64,000 nucleotides of DNA, taken from contig CAWGHO010000002.1 in assembly GCA_963822445.1 (NCBI GenBank), forward strand, positions 320,001 to 384,000, read 5' to 3'. Position numbers and translations under genes: made by a program. This DNA comes from an uncultured Acidobacteriota bacterium. GTDB taxonomy: Bacteria; Acidobacteriota; Thermoanaerobaculia; Gp7-AA8. The notes under the pieces were generated by a model. The model was given only the letters and a program-made list of their open reading frames with translations. It was not told the origin of the DNA and did not search any database. This document shows positions 1 through 10,511 of this stretch, piece after piece; positions within the stretch are counted from its first letter, which is position 1; every line of letters starts with the position of its first letter.

Positions 1-1632
1 AGTTTCTTGAAGACGAAGATCGAGCTCGCGAACACGAGCGCAGCAACGATGAGCACCGTGATCGGGCTCCGCAGTCCCAGGGCCAGGATCTTCGCGTAGC
101 CGGCAGCGAGCTTGTCGAAGGCGACGTCGACGAAGTGGCCGAGGCGCGACTGCCGCTCCTGCCCGGTCTTGAGCATCTGCGCGGAACGCGCGGGCGCGAG
201 CGTCACCGCTTCGACGTACGACAGCAGAACGGCGATGCACAGCGTCACGCCGAACTGCAGGAAGAACTTCCCGATCACACCCTTCATGAAGACGACGGGC
301 AGGAAGATCGCGCAGACGGCCAGCGTCGCGGCCAGCGCGGCGAAGCTGATCTCCGCCGTTCCCTCGCGCGCAGCGGTCACGCGATCCTTGCCCATCTCGC
401 CGTGGCGGAAGATGTTCTCGAGGACCATGATCGCGTCGTCGACGACGATGCCGACGGCGAGCGCGAGTCCGAGGAGCGTGAACGTGTTCAGGGTGAAGCC
501 GAAGAAGTAGATGCAGGCCACCGTGCCGAGGAGCGACATGGGGATGGCCAGGATGACGTTGAGCGTGGCGCCGAACGATCCGAGGAACAGCCAGCAGATG
601 AATGCCGTCAGGAGAACGGACAGCAGCAGCTCGAACTGGATCTCGTGAACCGACTCTTCGATGAACTTCGTGGAGTCGAAGTTGATCCCCGACTTCCATT
701 CCCGGCGGCAGAGTCTTCTGAATCTCCACCAGCGCCGCCTTGACGCCCTGCGCAACCGCGACGGCGTTCGAGCCGCGCTGCTTGCGCACGCCCATGCCCT
801 GCGCCGGCTCGCCGTTGACGCGCGAGATGCGGCGCACGTCTTCGAATCCGTCTTCGACGATGGCGACGTCGCTCAGGTAAACCGGCGATCCCTCGATGTC
901 CTTGACCACCAGGCGGCGGAACTCTTCGAGATCGAAGGCCTCGCCGAGGACGCGCACGTTCACTTCGCGGCCCGAAGTCTCCAGGCGGCCGGCAGGCAGT
1001 TCGACGTGCTGGCGCTGAATCGCGGTGAGCACTTCGCTCGCGGTGACGCGGCGCTCATCGAGCTTGTCGGAATCGATCCAGATGCGGATGTTGCGATCGA
1101 CCGAGCCGACCTGAATCTCGCCGACGCCGGGCACGGTCTGCAGCCGTTCCTTCACGCGGTAGCGCGCGAAGTCGGCGAGCATCTGCGGCGAGTAAGGGCC
1201 GGACAGGCCGATCCACATGATCGGCTGGTCTTCGGGATTGGTTTTGGAGACGACGGGCGGCTCGATGTCGCGCGGCAGACGGCGCTGGACCTGGGCGATG
1301 CGGGTCTGCACGTCCTGCAGCGCGAGGTCGACGTTGCGCGCGAGGTCGAGCTCGACGGTGACGTTGCCGCCGCCCTGCCGGGAGTTGGAGGTGATGTTGC
1401 GGACCCCCTCGACCTGCATCAGCGCTTCTTCGATCGGCTCGACGACGTCGTGCTCGACGACTTCCGGCGCGGCGCCTTCCCAGGTCGCGCTCACGCTGAT
1501 CGTCGGGAAGTCGACGTCCGGGAACTGGGAGATGCCGATGCGCGTCGCGGCCACGCCGCCGAAGACGACCGTGGCCAGCATGAGCATCCATGCGAAGACG
1601 GGGTTCTTGATGCAGGCTTCGGTGATTTTCAT
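1..1632 (-). CDS. RND efflux transporter permease subunit (AcrB/MdtB family), 5' part; runs off window start
   Basis: Manual translation from ATG at 1632: MKITEACIKNPVFAWMLM...FPDVDFPTISV...GIVVDDAIMVLENI; typical RND motifs; lies downstream of adaptor and TolC genes. Confidence 0.93.
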   Translation of the reverse strand, partial: MKITEACIKNPVFAWMLMLATVVFGGVAATRIGISQFPDVDFPTISVSATWEGAAPEVVEHDVVEPIEEALMQVEGVRNITSNSRQGGGNVTVELDLARNVDLALQDVQTRIAQVQRRLPRDIEPPVVSKTNPEDQPIMWIGLSGPYSPQMLADFARYRVKERLQTVPGVGEIQVGSVDRNIRIWIDSDKLDERRVTASEVLTAIQRQHVELPAGRLETSGREVNVRVLGEAFDLEEFRRLVVKDIEGSPVYLSDVAIVEDGFEDVRRISRVNGEPAQGMGVRKQRGSNAVAVAQGVKAALVEIQKTLPPGMEVGDQLRLHEVHRRVGSRDPVRAAAVRSPDGIHLLAVPRIVRRHAQRHPGHPHVAPRHGGLHLLLRLHPEHVHAPRTRARRRHRRRRRDHGPREHLPPRRDGQGSRDRCARGNGGDQLRRAGRDAGRLRDLPARRLHEGCDREVLPAVRRDAVHRRSAVVRRSGDARARAFRADAQDRAGAAVAPRPLRRRRLRQARCRLREDPGPGTAEPDHGAHRCCARVRELDLRLQET

Positions 1633-1648
1633 GGTTCGCTCCGCTCAC

Positions 1649-1731
1649 GGTTGCGAGGTTTCGGGGTTTCGGGGTTTCGAGGTTTTCGGGTTACCGCCCC
1701 GCTAACCGCGTAACCTCGGAACCCCGGAACA
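1649..1731. repeat. Inverted pair of octamer tandem arrays (GGTTTCGR x~6 facing AACCYCGG-like x~3-4)
   Basis: ggttgcga ggtttcgg ggtttcgg ggtttcga ggttttcg... followed by aaccgcgt aacctcgg aaccccgg; intergenic between adaptor and permease. Confidence 0.8.
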
Positions 1732-1733
1732 AC

Positions 1734-2849
1734 TCACTTCGTTACCTTCACCTTCGCACCATCGCGCAACGCTTCCGCGCCGCGCATGACCAGCGTTTCG
1801 CCCGCGGCGAGGCCGTTTTTCACTTCGACTTGTCCGTCGGCTGTGCGCATGCCGAGGGTGAGGAGACGGGCTTTGGCGGTGCCGTTTTCGACCGTGTAGG
1901 CGAGGAAGCCCTGCTCGGTCGGACGGATCGCGGTCTGGGGAATGACCGGCGCCTCGCGCGTCGCGCCGATGGGAACGGTCACGCGCGCGAATGCGCCGGG
2001 ACGCAGCTCGGGGCGATTCGGATTCACGACCTGCGCGGTGACGTCGACCATGCGCGAGGACTGGCTCGCGGCCGCGGCGACGTGAGTGATCGTCGCCTGG
2101 AACTGCTCCGAGCCCTCGGCCACGTTGAATCGCGCGACGAGGCCCGGACGCAACGGCTGCGCGTCCTGTTCGGGGACCTGGAAACGAAGGAGCAGCGGAT
2201 CGCGGCGCACGAGCGTCGCCAGGACGGTGCCGACCGGCACGTACTGTCCCGTTTCGACGGTGCGCGTTTGAATGATGCCGGCGACCGGCGCGCGCACGAA
2301 TGCGTCGCGAAGGTTCAGACGCGCCTGCGAGAGCGCGGCCTGCGCAGGGCCACTTCAGCGGCTGCGGTCTGCACTTTCGTGCGCCACGTCTCCACTTCCT
2401 CGCCGCGAATCAATCCCGGATTCTTCGCGCTGGCCGCCTGGCGCCGCGAATATCCAGCCTCCGCCTCGGAACGTCCGGCCGACGCCTTCTGCAACGCTGC
2501 CTGCGCCGCTTCGACGGCGAGGCGATAACGCTCCGGGTCGATCTCCACGAGCGCCTGACCGCGGCCGACGATCTGGCCTTCGCGCAGCAGAACGCGCTCG
2601 ACCGTTCCCGGCGACGCGCGCGGTCACCGACACACGCTCGAACGCATCGAGCGAACCAACGGCATTGATCGGTGTACTCGACTTTGCGGGACTCGACCGG
2701 CTCGACTTCGACCGGGAACTCCATGTTCTTGCGGTCCGAGCCGCGGCCGCGCCGCCCGCGGTTTGGGCATCGCCTTTCGAGCAAGACAGGACGAATGCAG
2801 AATGCAGAATGCAGAATGCAGAAAGAAGCATCTTTCGCATTCTTGCCAT
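1734..2849 (-). CDS. RND efflux periplasmic adaptor (MFP), lipoprotein; split by several frameshifts
   Basis: Pieces in ORFs 2355-2936, 2410-3570, 2315-2548 and 1734-2297: lipoprotein signal ..VLSC, FPVEV.., RAPVAGII, LRPGAFARV. Confidence 0.85.
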
Positions 2850-2880
2850 CTTCACTTCTGCATTCTGCATTCTGCATTCT
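2793..2880. repeat. Inverted heptamer arrays (GAATGCA)x4 / (TTCTGCA)x3+
   Basis: Directly visible at 2793-2823 and 2856-2880. Confidence 0.9.
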
Positions 2881-4148
2881 ACCATTCGTCCCATACGGAG
2901 CCAACCCTTCCGCCTCGCGCAGGGCCAAGTACGCAATCGCCATCCGGAACCGCGCCGTCACTTCGGCGACCTCGGACTCGAACAGCTGCCGGTTTGCATC
3001 CGCCAGTTCGAGCGCGCTGGCCAGGCCTTCGCGATACAGCACACTGGTCTCCTCTGCATTCTTGCGCGCGGCGCGTAACGCGGCGGCAGCTTCGCGAAGC
3101 GCCGATTGTTCCGTCGCCAGTTGCACCGCAGCGCTGCGCATCTCCCGCTCGACGTCGCGCCGCTCGAGCTCGAGCTGCAGTTCGGCGCCGCGAAGGACTG
3201 CTTCGCGCTCGATCCGTTCCGCGCGTCGAAGGCCGGCATCGAATACAGGCCACGCAAACGAGAAGCCGAAAAAGCCTTCATTGGCGCGGCTGGTCAGCGG
3301 ACCGTCATTGACGTTGCGGGTCTGGGCATTGAAGAGGACTGAGGGAAGGAAGCGCGCGTTCGGCTCCTGGGCGAAGGCGCGGCGCGCTTCGACAGTCGCT
3401 GCTGACGCGGCGAGGTCGGGGCGGCGCTGCTGGGCCTCGACGATCTGCGGCGCGCTCATGGTCTGTGGCGTCGACGCTGCCTGGAGAAGCTCGGCCGGCG
3501 TCACCAGTGTGACTTCCCCGTCGATCTTCAGCAGCGTGGCGAGGTCGATCACACGAAGCCTGCAGATCACCCGATGCCTGAGCGACGCCGCGAACTGCGG
3601 TCGCGAGCTCGAGCTCGGCGCGGGTCACGTCGTTCGAGCTGCACCAGGCCGGCTTCGAATCGCGCGCGAACGTCGTCGAGATTCGTCTGCGCAAAAACGC
3701 GGCGATGCTCCGCGGCCAGGCGCACCTGATCGAAGCTCAAGCGTGGTGATGAAGATCGCCGCCGCATCGAAGGCGAGCAGACGGCGCGCGTCCATCGGCA
3801 TCGAAGCGCGATCGCGTCGCGCTCGAAACGGGCCATGCGATAAAGCGGAAAGACGCGCGCGTCGAAGATCGGCTGCGTGATCAGCGCCGCGGTCTGCAGG
3901 GTGCGATCGGTGCTGTTGGCCTCGAAATCGTTCCGCCAGTTGCCGCTGATGTCGACGCGCGGCAGGAACGCCGTACGGGCACGCCCCACGCGAGCCTCGG
4001 CCGCCTCGACCGTCGTATCGGCGATCGCTGCACGCTCGTTCCGCTCCACTGCCAACTGGACGGCCCGCTCGATCGTGAGCGGTGTTTCCTGGGCGGCGCT
4101 GGAGAGGGAAAAAGCGAGAAAAATGATGAAGAAGAGGGTGCGCTTCAT
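2880..4148 (-). CDS. TolC family outer-membrane efflux protein; multiple frameshifts, 3' end approximate
   Basis: MKRTLFFIIFLAFSLSSAAQETPLTIERAVQLA.., FLPRVDISG, RFEAGLV, YREGLASALELADA, spread across frames. Confidence 0.85.
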
Positions 4149-4192
4149 CGGGACGCGGATTAGAACACGGCCGTTCGGTTTCTGATTGCGGT

Positions 4193-4976
4193 TCACCGAA
4201 CCGTAGCAGTCACGTCGAATGTCGTCACAATCGAAGGATCCGATTTCGACGTGATGCGGATCGATTCGCAGAAGCGGGCCCGGCTTGGCTTTCGCGCCGT
4301 CGATGGTCACCGTCAGCGATTCCTTCGCCTTCGGAGGAATGACCGGCGCGTGCTCGTAATAAAGGCAGCGGCAGGTCGAGCGCGACACCTGCGGGCTGAG
4401 CGGCTCTTCGGTGTTGTTGACGATCTCGTACTGGCGGGTGACGCGCGTGCCCTTGCGGATGATGCCGTAGTCCATGGTGTCGGGCGTGACCGTCACTGGA
4501 CGCACAGCCGCGGTGTTCGTAGCGGGCCCGTCTTCTTCGACGACGGTCGTGGTCGTCGGCTGCTCGACGACTGCTCCCGTCTTCGGCTTGTCGCTCGCGC
4601 GCCAGATCAACCAGCCGATCGCGGCGAGAGCGATGACGGCCGCGGCCGCAATCAGAAGGAGGCGCGAGCGGGAGTCGCTTGCTTCCGAGGAGTAGTCGTT
4701 GATGGTCGAGTCTTCGTCGATTTTCGGCGTGACCAGCGGCCGCATTCCGGGCTCGCTCCGCGGACGGGGTGGCGGCGGAGCCGCGGGCGGCAGGTCAGTC
4801 TGCTCGAGCTTGGCCAGGGAGATGTCGATGTCGGCAATGACCCGGCGGTACTGCGCGGCGATGAGCTCCGTCGGCGCGTCGGAAACCAGATTCATGAGCG
4901 CCTCGCGATGGCGCCGGTAATGCGCGCGCAACGCTTCCCCTCGCTTGGCGCTCACGGTCTGGAAGTCGTCCGACAT
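4193..4976 (-). CDS. Membrane-anchored DUF1573 (Ig-like) domain protein; one frameshift near 4270
   Basis: Helical N-terminus, TM segment (LLLIAAAAVIALAAIGWLIW), DYGII..YEIVN..STCRCL; removing one base restores ..PLRESIRITSKSDPSIVTTFDVTATVR*. Confidence 0.7.
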
Positions 4977-5017
4977 CTAGTGGATGGTACCAAAGCGGTG
5001 GCTGTGCCACCGCACTC

Positions 5018-7601
5018 CTAAATCGGCAGCCAATACGAGAACTTGATCAGGAACACATCCTGCGACTTCGCATGAGGCAGCGCGCTGAAGTCGCGGCGCG
5101 GACTGAAGTCGCCGACCGTCTCCGTGTCGGAGCGGTTCTCGTTCCAGACCACGTACATCGCCGAGCCGGGCCGGAACTCCCAGCGCACCACCGCGCTGCC
5201 GCGCAGGCTGCGGAAGTTGAAGTCGGGATTGAAGCCGACCGCGCTCTCCGCCATCGGCGTGTAATCGGCTTCGCGCGGGCGGGTCAGGAACTTGAAGTTG
5301 CTGTAATTGCCGCTGGCGACGAACGGCTGGAGGAAGAGCTGCGCGGAGAGCCGCGCGTTCATTGTCCACTCCGCGCGCATGCCGAGGTCGATCTGCCGCT
5401 GCGAGAGCGTCGAGAAAACGTAGCGGGGACCGAATGTGGGCGCGTAGTTCGCGTTCCGGTGAGTGGTCACGTACTGCGAGTTGCTCTCGGACGCGGTGAA
5501 GCGGGGAGTCAACGACAGCCGTAGCGAGGAGGACGGCCGGTAGGTGACTCCCGTGCCGCCGTAGTACGACGTCGCGCCATCGCCCGACGGGACCGTCTCC
5601 GCCCACAGGTTCGAACGACAGCTTCTTCCGCGAGTCGCTTCCGAACTCACCACCATAAAAATAGGCGGACGGCCGCCGCGCCATCGGTCCGCCGCGCGTG
5701 CGCTGATCGTCGAGCGTCGACCACTGATTCCCCGCCCATGCGCCGATCCACCAGTAGTTCTGCAATTGTCCGTAGAAGCTCGTGTTCAGGCCGTTGCCGA
5801 TCAGATCGCCGGCGAAATTGAAGTTCTGCCACTTCCCGCCCCACGTGCTGATCTCCCGGAAGCGTTTCGAGGTCTGCGCGAGATCGGTGTTGAGGTACTG
5901 CAGGACGGCATGGGTGGAGATGGCATCGACGCGCGGCAGGAAGCCGACGTCGTTGATCTCGAATCCCGGCGAGAGCGCCTGGACCTGCACGTTCGGCCGC
6001 CAGCGACCCTTCTGCTTGGAGACCATGCCTCGGGCCATCCAGCCGCTGAGCGATGTCCGCGTCGGGTCGTACTCGACATGATCGGCATCGGGGCGATGGA
6101 AGTAACGGGCGGGATTCTGCTGGGTCAAATCGATCGCTGACGCCGAGCCCTCGACCAGCGACGTGCCACCGAGCCATTCCACGATCCAGCTCTTGTCTTT
6201 GAGGAGCGTGTACCCGTCGACGCCCGCGAAATACGAGTTCTCGCGCAGGCTCGGCTCGAGGTTGTCCGAAAGGCGGCGATTGGTCGCGCTGAACATGAAG
6301 CCGGCGCGCGAGTCCTTGCCGTACTCCCTCATCGCGCGCGCGACGAGGTAATTGGTCATCGGCTCGACCGTGTTTTTGTCGTCTTTCAACGTCCCATCGT
6401 CCAGACGGCGTCGGAACCAGGCCTCTTCCTGATCGGTGAGCGCGTCGAGCACGCCGATGGTCCACTTGCCGACTTTGCCCGTCACTTTCGCGGCGCCGAG
6501 GATGGTGGTCTCGCCCGGAGAGTCCTGCCAGAGACCGCCGAGGGAGCCTTGGGGGGAGCGGCCGATGCGGCGTGAATAGAAGAAGGTGGGGAAGGACATG
6601 TTGAAGCCCCAGCGGCTGTTCGCCGGGCCGTTCCCGAAGTTGAACGTGCTCGCCCCCTCGGTGAAGAACGGCCGCTTCTCGGGGAAGAACGTCTCGAACT
6701 GGCTGAGGTTCACCACCGCCGGATCGACTTCTACCTGGCCGAAGTCCGGGTTAACCGTCGCGGTCAGACGCATGCTCGAGGTCAGCGCGTACTTCACGTC
6801 CACGCCGCCGTCGAGGCGATGCTCGGCCGGCGAGATGAAGGGATTGTCCTGACGGCTGAAGAGATCGGTGCGGGCGACGGCGTACGGCATCACCTCGAAC
6901 GAGCGCTTCGGCTTGATGCCTTCGATTCCTGTCAGATCGGCGAAGCGGGAGATGAATCCGCTCTCGGTCTTCGGCGAATACACGAGCCGCGTGCTCTCGA
7001 ACGTGCGCGGGTTCCAGCGGCTCACGTTGAAACCCCAGGTGTGCACCGGCTTGTCCGGAAAACGGAGCTGCGAATACGGAATGCGCGCCTCGGCGATCCA
7101 GCCTCCCGGGACGATCTTCGCGGCCGACTCCCACACTGCATCCCAACTGTTGTCGTTGTAAATGTCGTTGAACAGAGTCATGTCCATCTGGACGTTCGAG
7201 GCATTCACGACGAAGCCCGCGCCGTTCTTACGATCGTGCTCGGAGTCGATGCTGATGCGGATGTAATCGCCGTTGTTCAGGTCACTGTCGCGGCGGGCGA
7301 GGAGCGGCGTCGGCTTGCCGTCATCCTTCATGAACGCGCCGAAGTAGATGGCGTTGTCGTCGTAGGCGACCTTCACCACGGTGTCGTTCTTGGCCGGCTT
7401 CCCTTCCTCCGGATCCATCTGCGTGAATCCGGCGATCTCCGGCGCCTGCTGCCAGGCGGCATCGGAAAGGTCTCCGTCGATGACCGGCGAGACGGTGGCA
7501 CGCACCGCGCGATAGGTCGGCCGCGGCTTTGTCTCCTGCGCGGTGAGGGCGGTGGCAATGAAAAGCGTGACGAAGGCGAGGCGAAGGGTTTTGACGTGCA
7601 T
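5018..7601 (-). CDS. CBM9-like sugar-binding + DUF5916 outer-membrane protein; frameshift ~5615
   Basis: Signal peptide, PVIDGDLSDAAW, TVNPDFGQVEVDPAVVNLSQFETFFPEKRPFF; C-terminus VFLIKFSYWLPI in ORF 5018-5656. Confidence 0.85.
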
Positions 7602-7647
7602 CGTTTCCTCTCGCGCAGAAGTGAGGTACGTTGGGGCTTCAGTGGCC

Positions 7648-7676
7648 TAGACGCACTTGCCGCGCGAAGGTTTGAC
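7648..7676 (-). promoter_or_regulatory. Putative ECF sigma promoter for the DUF5916 gene
   Basis: Minus strand GTCAAAC-N16-CGTCTA matches the AAC..CGTC ECF consensus. Confidence 0.45.
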
Positions 7677-7715
7677 CTGGTTAACAAAACAATTTGTGAA
7701 CGGTTGTGACACGGA

Positions 7716-9353
7716 ATGAAGGTCTTCATCGGGCAGATCAACCCAACCGTTGGCGCCCTCACGGCTAATGCCGAGCTGATCCGAAAAACGTACGAGGAAG
7801 GCGTTCGCGCCGGCGCGGACGTGGTCCTCGTTCCCGAGCTCGCCGTCACCGGATACCCGCCGCGCGATCTGCTCGATCGCGGCACGTTCATCGACGCCGC
7901 GCTCGCCGTTCGCGACGAGCTGGCGAAGATGACCGGCGAGACCACGCTGATTTTCGGCTGTCCGGTGCGTACGCCGAACTGGTGCGGCAAGCCGCTGCAC
8001 AACGCGGCGATCGTCGCGCGCAACGGCCGGGTCATCCTCGAACAGCACAAGAACCTGCTGCCGACGTACGACGTGTTCGACGAGCTGCGTTACTTCGAGC
8101 CGGCAAAAGAGGTGCACGTCGTCGAGATCGCCGGCCGCAAGGTGGGTGTGTCGATCTGCGAGGACTTCTGGTTCGACGACGAAAAGGACGGCACGAAGCT
8201 CTATTGCCGCAATCCTGTCGACGAGCTGGTGCGCCAGGGCGCCGAAATTCTGCTCAACATCTCCGCATCCCCGTTCAACGCCGGCAAGCGAAGGGCGCGG
8301 TGGGAGATCTTCTCGAAGATCGCCCAGCGCTACCGCGTGCCGCTCGTGTACGTGAATCAGATCGGCGGCAACGACGAGCTGCTGTTCGACGGCTCATCGA
8401 TCGTCTTCGACGCCGCCGGGCAGACGATCTTCTGCGCGCGTGCATTCGAGGAGCACTCGACGCTCGTGCATCTGCAGGGCGCGCCGTGCGAGATGATCGA
8501 TGCGCTGACCGAGGATGAGGAGATCGGGCTCGCGCTCGTCCTTGGATTGCGCGACTACATCCGCAAATGTGGGTTCAAAGACGTGGTGATCGGCCTCTCC
8601 GGCGGCATCGACTCCGCCGTGACCGCGGCAATCGCCGTGGAAGCTCTCGGCAAGGAACACGTCACCGGCATCGCCATGCCCTCGCAGTTCTCCTCGCAGC
8701 ACTCCATCGACGACGCCCGCGAGCTCGCCCAGAACCTCGGCATCGCCTTTCACATCGTGCCGATCGCCGACATTTACGCGCCGTACGAGACCGCACTCGA
8801 CGAATTGTTCGGCGAGCACAAGTTCGATACGACGAACGAGAACGTGCAGGCCCGCATCCGCGGCAACATTCTGATGGCCTGGTCGAACCGCCTCGGGGCC
8901 ATGGTCGTGTCAACCGGCAACAAGTCGGAGATGGCAGTCGGCTACTGCACGCTCTACGGCGACATGGCCGGCGGCCTGTCCCTTCTAGGCGACGTGTACA
9001 AGACGATGGTGTATCGCGTGGCGAAGTGGCTGAATCGCAATCGCGCGGTGATCCCCGAGTCGACGATCACCAAGCCGCCGTCCGCGGAGTTGCGGCCGAA
9101 TCAAACCGACCAGGACACCCTTCCGCCGTACGACGTCCTCGACGGAATCCTCAAGCTGTACATCGAGGAGTGGAAAGAGGTGGACCAGATCGCCGCGGAA
9201 GGCTTCGATCGCGACCTGGTCGCGCGAGTCCTGAAGATGGTGGATACCGCGGAGTTCAAACGCCGCCAGGCCGCACCGACTGTGCGCGTTTCCGAGAAGG
9301 CATTCGGGAGCGGGCGGGACATGCCCATCGCGCAGCTTTGGCGTCGGGGGTAA
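7716..9353 (+). CDS. nadE: Glutamine-dependent NAD+ synthetase
   Basis: N-terminal nitrilase domain (PEL, ICED), GLSGGIDS, NVQARIRG, TGNKSE, PPSAEL. Confidence 0.97.
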   Translation: MKVFIGQINPTVGALTANAELIRKTYEEGVRAGADVVLVPELAVTGYPPRDLLDRGTFIDAALAVRDELAKMTGETTLIFGCPVRTPNWCGKPLHNAAIVARNGRVILEQHKNLLPTYDVFDELRYFEPAKEVHVVEIAGRKVGVSICEDFWFDDEKDGTKLYCRNPVDELVRQGAEILLNISASPFNAGKRRARWEIFSKIAQRYRVPLVYVNQIGGNDELLFDGSSIVFDAAGQTIFCARAFEEHSTLVHLQGAPCEMIDALTEDEEIGLALVLGLRDYIRKCGFKDVVIGLSGGIDSAVTAAIAVEALGKEHVTGIAMPSQFSSQHSIDDARELAQNLGIAFHIVPIADIYAPYETALDELFGEHKFDTTNENVQARIRGNILMAWSNRLGAMVVSTGNKSEMAVGYCTLYGDMAGGLSLLGDVYKTMVYRVAKWLNRNRAVIPESTITKPPSAELRPNQTDQDTLPPYDVLDGILKLYIEEWKEVDQIAAEGFDRDLVARVLKMVDTAEFKRRQAAPTVRVSEKAFGSGRDMPIAQLWRRG

Positions 9354-9356
9354 ACA

Positions 9357-9509
9357 GAACCACCGGGGCGCCTCCGGCGGGCCGGCACGGCCGGCAGCGC
9401 TGATGCTGGCGTGAACACGATCCGCGCTAGCTACCGCGAGTTCCGCAGAAGGCACAATCAGCGCTGCCGGCCCGTGGCCGGCCCGCCGGAGGCGCCCTCG
9501 TCGTTCCCT
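9357..9509. repeat. ~150 bp palindromic interspersed element, copy 1 (REPIN/MITE-like)
   Basis: Long inverted arms ggcgcctccggcgggccgg...ccggcccgccggaggcgcc; second copy at 61872-62025. Confidence 0.85.
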
Positions 9510-9884
9510 TTAGCCTTCAGCCACAGCTTCCCGCTGCGCGTCCTCGAGCTTCTTGATCTGAATGTTCAGAAACTCGTGGAACGACGACTCCTGCTCCGGC
9601 GGCAGCGCGTTGAACACGATCGCCGAGCGGAACACGTACTCCGGACCCTTCTCGCCGCGGCGCACCTGCACGATCGAGCGCAGGACCTCGCAGGGGATGT
9701 AGATCCCGCCGTAGCTCGGGAAGATCAGCGTCGCGGCCGCGCCGGCCTTTACCGGCGATCGATGCACGACCGCTGCGCCGGTGAGACTGAGATCGATGCA
9801 CTCGCCGTTGACGTCGGAGAGCTGAACCGGAATCGACGCGGTCGCGTAACGCTCGGAGCGGCGGCGGTCTTTGCCGGAGGCCAT
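9510..9884 (-). CDS. PilZ domain protein
   Basis: DRRRSERY (RxxxR) and DLSLTG (DxSxxG) c-di-GMP-binding motifs. Confidence 0.8.
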   Translation of the reverse strand: MASGKDRRRSERYATASIPVQLSDVNGECIDLSLTGAAVVHRSPVKAGAAATLIFPSYGGIYIPCEVLRSIVQVRRGEKGPEYVFRSAIVFNALPPEQESSFHEFLNIQIKKLEDAQREAVAEG

Positions 9885-9900
9885 TGCGGGCAAATATACG

Positions 9901-10260
9901 TCAGCCAGGTGTTACGAGGAGAGCTGCCTTTTGCAACACCTGCCGCATCGTGTCTGGCGAAAGTGCGCAGATTCGTCTTGCATTGCGCGCTTTCCAATCG
10001 AGGCTCTTCAAGTGATCCGACAACACGGCACCGCTCACTGGCAGGCCATCGGGAATGATCACCTCGAACGGATAGCCCTTCACCTGAGACGTAACCGGTA
10101 CGAAGACAGCGAGCGTCGAGCTCCGGTTATACGACGACGGCGACAGCACGACAGCAGGGCGCCGGCCGGCCTGCTCGTGACCCGCTTGTGGGTCGAAACT
10201 GAGCCAGACTACATCGCCGCGTTCAGGAACATACGAGCTGCTACCAGACTTCGTTGCCAA
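9901..10260 (-). CDS. mazF: Type II TA toxin, MazF/PemK endoribonuclease
   Basis: YVPERGDVVWLSFDPQAGHEQAGRRPAVVLSP; start codon uncertain. Confidence 0.93.
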   Translation of the reverse strand: MATKSGSSSYVPERGDVVWLSFDPQAGHEQAGRRPAVVLSPSSYNRSSTLAVFVPVTSQVKGYPFEVIIPDGLPVSGAVLSDHLKSLDWKARNARRICALSPDTMRQVLQKAALLVTPG

Positions 10261-10483
10261 CTTTGCCGCCCGTATTGGTCTCGGAATGGCGATTCTGTGG
10301 CGTGATCTGGTTGACGAGATCCTCGAGCGAGAACTCGGCTTCGACGATCGGCACGACCACGAGTCTGCCGTTCCGGACGCTCAAATCCACGGCGGTGTCC
10401 TCCGTCAAACGCGTTTCCTCCGCAAATGGCTTGGGGATCCGCAATGCCAGGCTGTTGCCCCACTTCTGGATTCGCGTCTTCAT
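10241..10483 (-). CDS. mazE: Type II TA antitoxin MazE (AbrB fold)
   Basis: MKTRIQKWGNSLALRIPK...G.EVW; overlaps mazF. Confidence 0.93.
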   Translation of the reverse strand: MKTRIQKWGNSLALRIPKPFAEETRLTEDTAVDLSVRNGRLVVVPIVEAEFSLEDLVNQITPQNRHSETNTGGKVGNEVW

Positions 10484-10511
10484 CGCCGTATCGACAAAGA
10501 GGATACCAGAT

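Noticed and set aside
112-1713. Long + strand ORFs opposite the RND permease, and similar antisense ORFs throughout the window
   Set aside because: Shadow ORFs caused by high-GC codon bias; no recognisable motifs
3567-4976. Apparent DUF1573-TolC fusion ORF (469 aa)
   Set aside because: Caused by one extra base near 4270; the corrected gene stops at 4193 and TolC has its own ATG and signal peptide at 4148
2290-5620. Many frameshifts in the adaptor, tolC, DUF1573 and DUF5916 genes, suggesting pseudogenes or recoding
   Set aside because: Single-base indels cluster regionally, restored frames look intact, and the same pattern occurs at 40500-41400, ~43592 and ~48614; long-read consensus error is most likely (needs read check)
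7681-7712. AT-rich TTGTGAA-containing site upstream of nadE resembling a Rex operator
   Set aside because: Second half-site does not match the TTGTGAA-N4-TTCACAA palindrome; too weak to call
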